Assembly: GCA_963666205.1 (NCBI GenBank)
Contig: OY762654.1
Location: forward strand, 928,001-992,000
DNA from: Synergistales bacterium
GTDB taxonomy: Bacteria > Synergistota > Synergistia > Synergistales > JAFGMB01
Direction: 5' to 3'
Length of the DNA: 64,000 nt
The notes under the pieces were generated by a model. The model worked only from the letters and a program-made list of their open reading frames with translations, had not been told where the DNA came from and made no database searches. A program made the translations under genes and the position numbers. This document shows positions 47,917-57,002 of this stretch, in pieces. Each line of letters begins with the position of its first letter. Within the stretch, counting starts at the first letter, position 1.

Positions 47917-48564
47917 TCATATCTTTTGAAAGATCTTAGCAATAGCACAGTAATGTGCCAATACGGCTTTCCGATAAGAGACAAGACATTTGCCCCTGTA
48001 CCTGTCCAAAGCTCTATCCACATTATTATGATATTTTTCCAGGGCTTTTTTAAGAATGTAACTTCCCACTTCTATGTTCTTTGCACTCCGGTAAAGGTCC
48101 TTTCTCGAGCGGACCTTGGGGAAGACCTTCGGTATCCACGATTTATTGGCATTCCAGTTGATCTGCATCAGTCCATAGCTCCTGCCGGAAAAGGCTAAAC
48201 GGTTCACCGTTGATTCCTTGACTATTATGGAGGCGACCAGTATAGGATCCAGATGATATTTACGAGAAGTTCTCTCCACCAGGATGGCATAGGTTTTTGC
48301 AGTTTTGGGGGCCAGCTCAGGATTTTTCTGGCAGAAGTACCTTGCTGTAGCCTTGATCCGTTTATCTTTATCTCCTGATTCCTGGTGATTCTGCATATAC
48401 CTGTACAATGAGCTGTCCTGAAATACTCCGGAATATGCCGATGCAGCCGATATAAGTAATGTAAGGACAAATACCGTCAGCAGAAGCAGGATAGAACTCT
48501 TTCGGGAACCAGTCATATTCTCTAACCTCTGAAATAGTTTTAACAACTGGTTTTCATTATACAT
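47917..48564 (-). CDS. Lytic transglycosylase (SLT domain)
   Basis: LDP.LV.SII.KES (catalytic Glu), GLMQI, NIEVGSYIL, ALDRYRG. Confidence 0.87.
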   Translation of the reverse strand: MYNENQLLKLFQRLENMTGSRKSSILLLLTVFVLTLLISAASAYSGVFQDSSLYRYMQNHQESGDKDKRIKATARYFCQKNPELAPKTAKTYAILVERTSRKYHLDPILVASIIVKESTVNRLAFSGRSYGLMQINWNANKSWIPKVFPKVRSRKDLYRSAKNIEVGSYILKKALEKYHNNVDRALDRYRGKCLVSYRKAVLAHYCAIAKIFQKI

Positions 48565-48735
48565 TACAGTCCCTCAGGAATACCTCCTGAAACCATTTGG
48601 AGAATGAATTGAAAAGTTTCAATGATTTTTGTTATTTTTCCAGGGAAAGGGGTATTATTAAAAGATTGATAAAAAAGAATAGGGTTAAAGGAAAGTAACA
48701 TATTCATTCGAGTGAATAATCCTGGAGGTGTTTTC

Positions 48736-50220
48736 TTGAACATCAGGCTTGAAACTATGGTGGAGCATCTTGTTTCACAGGATCCTGAACAAAGGATACT
48801 CTGGTGGAACAGTAGATGGTGGAATAGAAAAGAATTCCTGTCAAAGGTTGCTGCATGCCGGGAAATTCTTGAAACAAGCGGTTTCGAAGAGGGTGACAGG
48901 TTAGCTCTCTATCTTCCCGATTCCCCTCTCCTGCTCATTTTATCAGTCGCGGTCTGGCAGATCGGAGGAACAATAGTCCCACTGAACGCAAGGGGCGGGA
49001 CCGAAGCGAATCTCCGGATCCTGAGAAAGCTCAGGCCTTCAGGGATAATCTTCTCGGAAGGTACCCGTGGATTGCCGGAAGCTATCGGGAGCGAAGGTTT
49101 TACCTCTGTCATGGCAGATCCTGAAGGACCGCTCCCCTCTTTCCGGACAACCGTCCATGCAGAAGGCCCAGGGAATATGGCTGTGATTTTCGCGACCTCG
49201 GGTACAACTGGAAATCCCAAGCTCGTTCCGCTGAGTCATTCAAATCTCCTCAACAATGCCAGGTCTGTTCATGAGAATGTTGAAGGTTTTGAAACAGGAA
49301 ATATTCTTATGAATATCCTGCCGAATTTTCACGCCTTCGGGTTCACTGTGTGCGGCGTCCTTCCCCTGATCTTCGGGCTGCCCCAGGTCCTCCTGCCATC
49401 TTTCATTCCAGTCAAAAATACATTCTCTGCCCTCAGAGAGGCCGAAGTAAGGATACTTATCGCTGTACCTACCATGCTTCCCTTCCTTCTCGGAGCTGTC
49501 GAAAAGGGTGAAAGGATACCGGAAAGCCTGAGATACATCCTTACAGGAGGAGGGAGACTCGACCCCGATCTGGAGAGAAGGGTCGAAGCAAGGATGGGCG
49601 TTGTCAGTTTCCAGGGATATGGTCTGACTGAATGTTCTCCAGTCGTGGCTGCAAACAGGAGCAGCGCAACAAAAAAGACCGGGACTATAGGTCTGCCATT
49701 ACCGGATTATGAAATCGAGATAAGGGATTCCGAAGGGAATGTCCTTCCCAGAGGAAAAGAAGGTATCCTCTGGGTAAAGGGACCCTCTGTCTGTGAAGGC
49801 TATCTTGGAGCCCCTGAACTCAATGAGGAAAGGTTTCATAATGGATGGTTCAATACCGGGGATATTGTCTCCATTGATGAAGATAATTATATAAAAGTAC
49901 TTGACAGGGCTACTGACCTGATAATAGTAGGGGGTTTCAATGTCTATCCCCAGGAGATCGAAGAGGTCATCCAGGAACATCCGGACGTTTATATGGCTGC
50001 AGTAGTAGGAATAAAGCACCATCTTACAGGAGAATACCCCAAGGCATTTGTGATACCCGTAGAGAAAGCCCATCTTACACAGACAGACATCATTCAGTTC
50101 TGCAAGGAACGGCTGGCCCATTATAAAGTACCCCGGAAAGTGGAATTCGTAACCGAACTCCCACTTTCTCCAGTGGGAAAGATCCTCCGAAGAGAACTTC
50201 GGGAAAAACACACTTCATAG
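48736..50220 (+). CDS. AMP-binding enzyme, long-chain fatty acid--CoA ligase-like
   Basis: TSGTTGNPK, LPNFHAFG, QGYGLTECSP, WFNTGD, GFNVYP.EIE, GKILR. Confidence 0.9.
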   Translation: MNIRLETMVEHLVSQDPEQRILWWNSRWWNRKEFLSKVAACREILETSGFEEGDRLALYLPDSPLLLILSVAVWQIGGTIVPLNARGGTEANLRILRKLRPSGIIFSEGTRGLPEAIGSEGFTSVMADPEGPLPSFRTTVHAEGPGNMAVIFATSGTTGNPKLVPLSHSNLLNNARSVHENVEGFETGNILMNILPNFHAFGFTVCGVLPLIFGLPQVLLPSFIPVKNTFSALREAEVRILIAVPTMLPFLLGAVEKGERIPESLRYILTGGGRLDPDLERRVEARMGVVSFQGYGLTECSPVVAANRSSATKKTGTIGLPLPDYEIEIRDSEGNVLPRGKEGILWVKGPSVCEGYLGAPELNEERFHNGWFNTGDIVSIDEDNYIKVLDRATDLIIVGGFNVYPQEIEEVIQEHPDVYMAAVVGIKHHLTGEYPKAFVIPVEKAHLTQTDIIQFCKERLAHYKVPRKVEFVTELPLSPVGKILRRELREKHTS

Positions 50221-50271
50221 AATAAGCAATGGGGCCCTTATGAACAGGGCCCCATTGCTTATTCTATGAAG
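50213..50271. terminator. Long bidirectional hairpin between convergent genes
   Basis: 26-bp perfect arms with a 7-nt loop. Confidence 0.75.
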
Positions 50272-50272
50272 G

Positions 50273-50821
50273 TCATTTTATTTCTTCCCACTTATCCCCG
50301 CAGAAACGCTCAAGCCTCAGAGTAGATATATCAAAGAAGAGGAGTTCAACTTTAAGATCCCTGTCTTTCTTTGCCCTGATCACAAGGGGATGTCGCAGAA
50401 TTCTCCTGTATTGCCTTATCCCGTTGTTTCTGACCGCTTCATCCATGCTGGTCCCATCATATGTTTCATGTGCAAACCATTTCTCAAGACCTTCCGTGTC
50501 TATATGATCTCTCTGCGAAAGAGCCCTGATTGCTCCGCATTCCGAATGAGAGAGGACCAGGACATTGTCTACCCCCAGATGTAAAAGTGCATATTCCAGG
50601 GCTGACAGGAAGCAGGGGTCATCCAGGCCAGCAAGGTTGCCCACATTCCTCAGGACAAAAAGCTCGCCTGCCTCCGCAGAAAATATCTTTTCAGGAACTA
50701 TTCTGCTATCCGAACATGATATTACAAAAGTATGAGGGAACTGCCCTTTTCCAAGTTTCTCATAGAGCTTAAGGTCCGCTTTTTTTCTGAATTCGCCATA
50801 ACCTTTTATCAGTCTGTCCAA
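50273..50821 (-). CDS. Beta-class carbonic anhydrase
   Basis: GQFP, CSDSR, GELFVLRNVGN, HSECG zinc ligands. Confidence 0.92.
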   Translation of the reverse strand: MDRLIKGYGEFRKKADLKLYEKLGKGQFPHTFVISCSDSRIVPEKIFSAEAGELFVLRNVGNLAGLDDPCFLSALEYALLHLGVDNVLVLSHSECGAIRALSQRDHIDTEGLEKWFAHETYDGTSMDEAVRNNGIRQYRRILRHPLVIRAKKDRDLKVELLFFDISTLRLERFCGDKWEEIK

Positions 50822-50857
50822 AGTATCAGGCCTCCTGTCTGTTTTTCGGACTCAATA

Positions 50858-51781
50858 TCATTTGTCCACATGGGAACTGCCCTTTTCCGGAAGAGGTTCC
50901 ACATGCAGGGTAATAAGGGTTTCTTCTCCAAAGATCTCATGAATGGCCCCTTCTATCCTTGTTGATACGTCATGGGCTGTTACCAGTGAAAGGGACCTGT
51001 CCACCATTATGTGAGCCTCAAGTGCAAAGTAGGGGCCTATCTTCCGGGTTCTCATAAGGTGAATATCCCTGACTTCAGGATCCCCATGTATAACTTCGAG
51101 TATTTCTTTCTTCATTCCTATATCGATGGATGACTCAAGCAGTTCATTAAGACTCTCGGCGAGAATTGAAAAGGCTATTTTTAAAATAAATCCGCTTACC
51201 ATAACAGCTGCCGCAGGATCAAGGAGTCTCCACTTCGGTCCCAGGATAATTGCTCCGCCTATCCCCAGGAGGGTACCTACTGAAGAAAAGGCATCTGACC
51301 GATGATCCCAAGCCTTCGCCGCAAGAGCAGGACTACTCAGATCACGAGCCCTGGATATGGTATAGCGGAAAAGGCCCTCCTTGGACAGGATGGAAAGGAT
51401 GGCCGCTATCAAGGCTGCATTCCCGGGGCGGGGAATGGATAGACCGGTCATATACAGGTAAAGGCTTTTGATGCCTCCGGCACAGATACCAATACCTGCT
51501 AACAGGAGGAATACTCCACAGATAGCTGCCAGAAGGGTCTCCACTTTTCCGTGACCATACTGGTGAGTACTGTCAGCCGGTTTATCTGCAACCCTGAACC
51601 CCAGGAAAACGATAATGTCGGTAAGAAGATCTGAAAGGGAATGGGTTGCATCCGCTATCATGGCAGAGCTGTTACCCAGGATACCTGCAAGGAATTTGAT
51701 AACAGTCAGAAATATATTTGCTATAAGACCAATAAGGGCAACTGCTTTAGCTTTTTCTGCCCGAATAAATCCTTTTCCCAT
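50858..51781 (-). CDS. Cation diffusion facilitator (FieF-like)
   Basis: ADATHSLSD, HQYGHGKVE, DHRSD, HVEP. Confidence 0.92.
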   Translation of the reverse strand: MGKGFIRAEKAKAVALIGLIANIFLTVIKFLAGILGNSSAMIADATHSLSDLLTDIIVFLGFRVADKPADSTHQYGHGKVETLLAAICGVFLLLAGIGICAGGIKSLYLYMTGLSIPRPGNAALIAAILSILSKEGLFRYTISRARDLSSPALAAKAWDHRSDAFSSVGTLLGIGGAIILGPKWRLLDPAAAVMVSGFILKIAFSILAESLNELLESSIDIGMKKEILEVIHGDPEVRDIHLMRTRKIGPYFALEAHIMVDRSLSLVTAHDVSTRIEGAIHEIFGEETLITLHVEPLPEKGSSHVDK

Positions 51782-52000
51782 TTCATCCCCCCCTGACAGA
51801 CCCCTCTATTCTACTGGTGGAAAGAAGAAAAGTTTAGGGCATAAAAACAGGATCAGAGTCTTTCCCCAATTCTACAGCATTAAGGGATGACATCAGAAAT
51901 TTTGTCCGGGAGGAAAGTCATTCTGCCCAATAAAAAGCAGAAGGGCTCCGAAAAAATTCCAGAGCCCTTGATATGCAGACCTTTTATCGCAGATCGCCGG

Positions 52001-53206
52001 TCAGATCGCCTCCGCTGCCTTGCGAAGTGCTTCAGCCCTGTCAGTCCTCTCCCATGCAGGCATGGGTTTCAGGTCAATACGGCCCATATGGCCATATGAT
52101 GCGATCCTTCTGTACTGGGGTTTTCTCAAATCAAGATCCCTTATTATTGCTGCCGGGCGAAAATCGAAGTGCTCCCGGACAAGCCTTGTAAGCTTTTCAT
52201 CACTGATCTTTCCTTCGCCATAGGTTTCTACCATAACAGATACCGGATGGGCGACACCAATGGCATAAGCTACCTGGATCTGACATCTGTCCGCAAGACC
52301 TGCCGCTACAATATTTTTTGCAGCATATCTGGCCATATATGCCGCAGAACGGTCGACCTTGGTGGGATCCTTACCTGAAAATGCACCGCCTCCATGGGAA
52401 ACCCATCCACCATATGTATCGAGGATTATCTTTCTGCCCGTAAGGCCCGTATCAGCCATGGGTCCGCCTTTAACAAAACGACCAGTGGGGTTGACAAGTA
52501 TACGGGGATGATCTTCCATGAACTCTCTCGGAACCACAGGATCGATAACATGCTCTACTATATCCGCCCTTATCTGTTTTGGATCTACATCCGGGTGATG
52601 CTGTGCGGAAACGACTATAGTATCTGCACGAACAGCTTTATTATCATGATATTCAAGGGTCACCTGGGTTTTACCATCCGGACGCAGATAGGGAATAATA
52701 CCCTGCTTCCTTACGAAGGCAAGGCGTCTGGAAAGCCGGTGAGACAGCGCTATGGGCATGGGCATGAATTCTTCTGTCTCATTGCTGGCAAAACCTACCA
52801 TCATTCCCTGGTCTCCAGCCCCGACCTTGTTTATCTCGGCTTCGTCCATATCGCCTTCCCTGATCTCGAGGGCTTTATTGACTCCCTGGGCGATGTCACA
52901 GGACTGCTCATCAATGGCCGTCAGGACTGCGCAGGTATCACCGTCAAATCCATATTTTGCCCGCGTATAACCTATCTCCTTAACGATATCCCTGGCCAGA
53001 CGTGGAATATCCACATAGGTGGAAGTACTGATCTCTCCTGCAACCATCACCAGACCAGTAGTTACCAGTGTTTCACATGCTACACGGCCCATAGGATCAT
53101 CTGCAAGAATGGCATCGAGTACTCCATCAGATATCTGATCAGCGACTTTATCAGGATGCCCCTCAGTAACAGATTCAGATGAGATCAAAAAACCCTGCTT
53201 GGACAT
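52001..53206 (-). CDS. metK: S-adenosylmethionine synthetase
   Basis: [48 protein letters not shown]. Confidence 0.98.
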   Translation of the reverse strand: MSKQGFLISSESVTEGHPDKVADQISDGVLDAILADDPMGRVACETLVTTGLVMVAGEISTSTYVDIPRLARDIVKEIGYTRAKYGFDGDTCAVLTAIDEQSCDIAQGVNKALEIREGDMDEAEINKVGAGDQGMMVGFASNETEEFMPMPIALSHRLSRRLAFVRKQGIIPYLRPDGKTQVTLEYHDNKAVRADTIVVSAQHHPDVDPKQIRADIVEHVIDPVVPREFMEDHPRILVNPTGRFVKGGPMADTGLTGRKIILDTYGGWVSHGGGAFSGKDPTKVDRSAAYMARYAAKNIVAAGLADRCQIQVAYAIGVAHPVSVMVETYGEGKISDEKLTRLVREHFDFRPAAIIRDLDLRKPQYRRIASYGHMGRIDLKPMPAWERTDRAEALRKAAEAI

Positions 53207-53270
53207 TTCTCCAACCTCCTGAAAAAAATAGTATGTTCTGTAAGACATCCTGAGAGCTCTCTTCTAACAT

Positions 53271-53301
53271 AAAAAAAAGGTCCTTCCAAGAGGAAGGACC
53301 T
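53271..53301 (-). terminator. Expression-platform terminator of the SAM riboswitch
   Basis: aggtccttcc/ggaaggacct stem followed by a T run on the minus strand, between aptamer and metK. Confidence 0.8.
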
Positions 53302-53321
53302 GAAAATATTCAAGTTTTCCT

Positions 53322-53422
53322 CTCTTATCATCCAGCTGTAAGCTGTTGGTTTTAGCACCATACCTCTAAGGCAGGTTGCTGCGGTTTCAACGGGCCAGTC
53401 CCTCCACCGCTCTGGATAAGAG
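53322..53422 (-). ncRNA. SAM-I (S-box) riboswitch
   Basis: CTCTTATCCAGAGCGGTGGAGGGACTGGCCCGTTGAAACCGCAGCAACC...GGTGCTAA...GATAAGAG upstream of metK. Confidence 0.96.
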
Positions 53423-53458
53423 CATCAGTTGTATTCGTTACAGAAACACCGAAGAAAG

Positions 53459-53486
53459 ATTATAATCCTCTTTCAGAATATGTCAA
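53459..53486 (-). promoter_or_regulatory. Sigma70-type promoter for SAM-I/metK
   Basis: TTGACA-N16-TATAAT. Confidence 0.65.
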
Positions 53487-53537
53487 CAGAGTTTCAGATT
53501 TTCCCATGGAACTTCTCCGCCACATTCATGGAAGGGA

Positions 53538-56117
53538 TCATTTACAGGGAGAATATCCGCAACTGAAACAATAAGCACAGCCTGATATCATTTCAAGAGG
53601 ACTACCGCATTCGGGACAGACTTTCTTGATATCGTCATGATCATCCGGAACAGCTCCGATAAGCTGTTCCAGGAGAAGGGCAAGGGCATCCGGGATGGAG
53701 CGCACCACATGCTTGTCATCGCTTTCAAACATCCAGTATTCCTTGCCTGAGATCCCCTTTAGGGTAGTTATGAAATCTTCAAGTTTACCGCCACTTCTCA
53801 GGCCGATGGAAATAACCCGGGAAAGAGCCTCTGTCATTGCCATCATTTCAGAGCCGCTCTTTCCTATGTTGGCAAAGACTTCAAAGGGTTCACTTCCATC
53901 AAAATTGAGAGTGACATAGAAACTGCCCCATGGAGTCCTTTCCTTTACTGTTTTACCGAAAACCACCAGTCCCGGCCTTTCCTTGACCTGGCTGGTATGT
54001 TCTACAGAAGTCTCGGGCTTTTTGACTTCTATGGGCTGATAGGATCTTGATCCGTCCCTGTATATGGTAATACCCTTTGCTCCAAGACGGTAACACATCT
54101 CGTAGACCTTCTGCACATCCTCCACAGTTGCCGTGCTGGGTAAATTGACCGTCTTTGATATGCCCGAATCTATAAGCTGTGAAAAGATCCCCGTCACTGT
54201 TACATGTTCCCGGGTAGATATATCATAGGCTGTCGCATAGGTGGGGTCACTGAGTTTACCGTACTTGTGAAACTCTTCTTTCTGTTTTTCATGCACCAGT
54301 TTGTGGAAAAATTCCCTCAGCTCAAAACCGTCTCCATTTGAAGCAGATATTTTTCTGGTCCACGACCAGGCAAAATTAGGCTCAATTCCGGGGCTGGAAT
54401 CCATGATCATGGAAATAGAGCCAGTGGGTGCTATACTCAGACGGCGGCTGTTCCTCATCTTGCCTCCGGCCAGATCAAGAAGGACTTCCCTGATCGTAGA
54501 AAGCCTTTCTTCCTCCCCCAAAGCGGAATTATCACATGTAAAGCCATCAAGGGTGTTGACCAGGGTGTAGGGAATGGTTTCCGAAAGACGCATTTTTTTG
54601 ATGAGGCCTTTGAAACCATCCATATCAAGACTGGATATCCAGTCCTGGGTAAGAAATTCTCCATCTCCGAATTCTTCATGGAAAAAGTGGAATAGATCCC
54701 GGACAAGATGTGCTTCAGGAAATTCTTCTTTGCCCACTTCTGTAACAAGTTTCTGAGAAGCGAGAAGGGAGGCAGATGCCATGGTATTTGCGATGGACGA
54801 ACAGAAGTCATTGAAATCATCGGAACCATAACGCATCTTCAGCAGAATAGCAGCATCTGCCAATCCCATGAGGCCAAGGCCGACAGGACGTATCTTCTTT
54901 GTACGTTCTTCGATCTTTTCAAGAGGGTAGGAACATGCATCAATGACAAGGTCAAGATAGTACATGGAGCGATATACCTGGTCAACGAAAGCTTCAAGAT
55001 CAAATAAAGGCTTTTCCGGGTCAGTATTGTCGACGAAAGATTCAAGGTTAATAGATCCGAGGTTGCAGCTGGTGTAGTTTGGAAGGGGCTGTTCACCGCA
55101 TGGATTAGTCGATTCGATCTTCCACTGTTCATCCATTTTAAGTATGTTGTCAGCATTAGCCCTATCAATGAAGAATACTCCAGGGTCACCCCTGAGCCAG
55201 GCACTTCTGCAGAGTTTATCCCAAAGATCCCGGGCCTTGACTGTTCTTACCGGCTTGCCGTCATAAAGGGAAATAAGGGGGAAGTCTTTGTTCTTCTCAG
55301 TAGCTTCGAGCAGATCATCGGAAACACAGACGGATATATTGAAGTAGGAAAGTTTACCATCTTCGACCTTAGCATCGATGAATTCTTCGATGTCAGGATG
55401 GTTGTCAAAGAGCATACCCATGAGGGCCGCTCTTCGCCTTCCCCCCTGCACAACCACGGAACCCATGGTATTCCATGTTTCCATGAAGGAGACCGGCCCA
55501 CTCGCCTGGCCACCTGTTCCGTGATCAATATCAGCACCCTTTTCCCGCAGCTTGCCGAAATTTCCGCCTACTCCCCCACCGAACTTGCTGATGGTGGCGG
55601 CGTCCTTAACTGAATCAAAGATACCCTCGATACTATCCGGTACATCTATGACAAAGCATGCAAAAAGCTGCTGGTTGGGACTTTTCGAGGAGATAAGGGT
55701 CCTGTACTCCTCAAAAGACATCTCTTCCGGAGACTTGTATATTATCTCTGCAAGCTCAGGTTGAACAGTCATACCAGCACCTGATCCGAAAAGACATGGT
55801 GAATTGAAAAGAAAACGGCGGTTCAGAATATCGTTGAAAATGTTCTTTTCAAGGGTGACTATCCAGGATAGGGAAACGGTATCCTCCGGATCAAGATAAA
55901 GGCTCTCTGCACTGGCTATTATTCTTGATACACGCCTTGCGAATTCCTCAAAACTCTTTTCTTTCCTCGTCCCGGCAGACTCACTGTCAAAACGGTCAAG
56001 AAAATAACGCTGGGAAAGAAGCCACATTGCATTTTCTGATAACCTCTGAGCAGAAGGGTTTTCCAGGGCATTGATATCAAGACTGCTGCAGAAACGTTCT
56101 CTGTATGTTTTTTTCAT
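53538..56117 (-). CDS. nrdJ: Adenosylcobalamin-dependent (class II) ribonucleotide reductase
   Basis: FACFV, ASGPVSFM, QGGRRRAALM, TNPCGEQPL, CNLGSINL, IAPTGSIS, SKTVNLP, YRDGSR; C-terminal TSCPD-like domain and Zn ribbon. Confidence 0.93.
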   Translation of the reverse strand: MKKTYRERFCSSLDINALENPSAQRLSENAMWLLSQRYFLDRFDSESAGTRKEKSFEEFARRVSRIIASAESLYLDPEDTVSLSWIVTLEKNIFNDILNRRFLFNSPCLFGSGAGMTVQPELAEIIYKSPEEMSFEEYRTLISSKSPNQQLFACFVIDVPDSIEGIFDSVKDAATISKFGGGVGGNFGKLREKGADIDHGTGGQASGPVSFMETWNTMGSVVVQGGRRRAALMGMLFDNHPDIEEFIDAKVEDGKLSYFNISVCVSDDLLEATEKNKDFPLISLYDGKPVRTVKARDLWDKLCRSAWLRGDPGVFFIDRANADNILKMDEQWKIESTNPCGEQPLPNYTSCNLGSINLESFVDNTDPEKPLFDLEAFVDQVYRSMYYLDLVIDACSYPLEKIEERTKKIRPVGLGLMGLADAAILLKMRYGSDDFNDFCSSIANTMASASLLASQKLVTEVGKEEFPEAHLVRDLFHFFHEEFGDGEFLTQDWISSLDMDGFKGLIKKMRLSETIPYTLVNTLDGFTCDNSALGEEERLSTIREVLLDLAGGKMRNSRRLSIAPTGSISMIMDSSPGIEPNFAWSWTRKISASNGDGFELREFFHKLVHEKQKEEFHKYGKLSDPTYATAYDISTREHVTVTGIFSQLIDSGISKTVNLPSTATVEDVQKVYEMCYRLGAKGITIYRDGSRSYQPIEVKKPETSVEHTSQVKERPGLVVFGKTVKERTPWGSFYVTLNFDGSEPFEVFANIGKSGSEMMAMTEALSRVISIGLRSGGKLEDFITTLKGISGKEYWMFESDDKHVVRSIPDALALLLEQLIGAVPDDHDDIKKVCPECGSPLEMISGCAYCFSCGYSPCK

Positions 56118-56223
56118 CGACGGTTGCGCCCTCCTCTGTTAAAATACAGATCCCTGAAACAAAATACAGATATCCACACCTCTGAAGGTTAAGCACGGGA
56201 TATCTGCGAAGTAAAATAATATT

Positions 56224-56269
56224 ACACAACATATAGCGTTTAACATACAAAGAGTACCACAAATAGTGT
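56224..56269. promoter_or_regulatory. Tandem NrdR boxes
   Basis: ACACAACATATAGCGT (56224-56239) and GTACCACAAATAGTGT (56254-56269) compared with consensus acaCwAtATaTwGtgt, upstream of nrdJ. Confidence 0.82.
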
Positions 56270-56398
56270 TAATTAGGCAAGAAAAAAATATGGAATTTGC
56301 AGATCCACAGATTTCCAGGCTGGAAATGTATTCCTTTTCAGTCCTGGTCTTTTCAAAAGAATGGTGACTGAACTATTCAGACTAAGAGGAAAAAAGTA

Positions 56399-56427
56399 TT
56401 TACAAAGAGATGTCACTTTGATAAAAT
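56399..56427 (+). promoter_or_regulatory. Promoter for the fluoride riboswitch/crcB
   Basis: TTTACA-N17-TAAAAT with extended -10 TG. Confidence 0.6.
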
Positions 56428-56451
56428 CTGCGCTGCATTTAACGTAAGAAC

Positions 56452-56503
56452 AGGCGATGGCGTTCGCCTTGAACCGCTGCACTAAAGGAGCTTATGACGC
56501 CTT
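56452..56503 (+). ncRNA. Fluoride riboswitch (crcB motif)
   Basis: GGCGATGGCGTTCGCC...AACCGCT...AGCTTATGACGCCT with GGCGT/ACGCC pseudoknot, directly upstream of crcB. Confidence 0.93.
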
Positions 56504-56585
56504 TCCATATTCATACAAAGCCCCCGGGTGCAGTTTTTTTGTGCACTTGAACTGACAGGGGAAGTTCACAGGAGGTCACCGCCAT

Positions 56586-56960
56586 ATGAAAACAATATTA
56601 TTACTTGTTATAGCGGGTGGGCTTGGAGCATTAAGCCGCTATGCTCTCTCCTCCTGGATACATGGACAGACCGGTAATGGATTCCCATGGGGAACCATGG
56701 CAGTGAACGTTCTGGGCTGTCTCCTTTTCGGTCTGCTGTGGACCCTTGCGGAAGAAAGATTCATTGTACCAAGATCGGTGAGTTTCATAATTCTGACAGG
56801 TTTTGTAGGTTCATTCACCACTTTTTCCACCATGACATTTGAAACTCTGAACCTGATAAAGACGTCAAGCTGGCTTTCTGCCATTCTTTATATGGGAGTT
56901 GGGCAGATCCTCGGAATTATTGCTGCCATGGCAGGCATTGGGGTTGCTAAAACCATCTGA
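56586..56960 (+). CDS. crcB: Fluoride channel Fluc/CrcB
   Basis: GG.GALSRY, FPWGT..VN..G, TGFVGSFTTFST. Confidence 0.95.
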   Translation: MKTILLLVIAGGLGALSRYALSSWIHGQTGNGFPWGTMAVNVLGCLLFGLLWTLAEERFIVPRSVSFIILTGFVGSFTTFSTMTFETLNLIKTSSWLSAILYMGVGQILGIIAAMAGIGVAKTI

Positions 56961-56961
56961 C

Positions 56962-56999
56962 AGAAAAAGCCGGCATTCTGAGAATGCCGGCTTTTCTTT
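56962..56999. terminator. Bidirectional terminator
   Basis: aaaagccggcatt/aatgccggctttt. Confidence 0.75.
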
Positions 57000-57002
57000 A
57001 CT

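Noticed and set aside
53538-56117. Intein or group I intron in nrdJ
   Set aside because: Continuous ORF of ordinary length, with no C/S...HN-C/S/T junctions or homing endonuclease motif
56118-56400. Cobalamin riboswitch upstream of the B12-dependent nrdJ
   Set aside because: No B12-box or other conserved cobalamin elements seen; NrdR boxes explain the regulation
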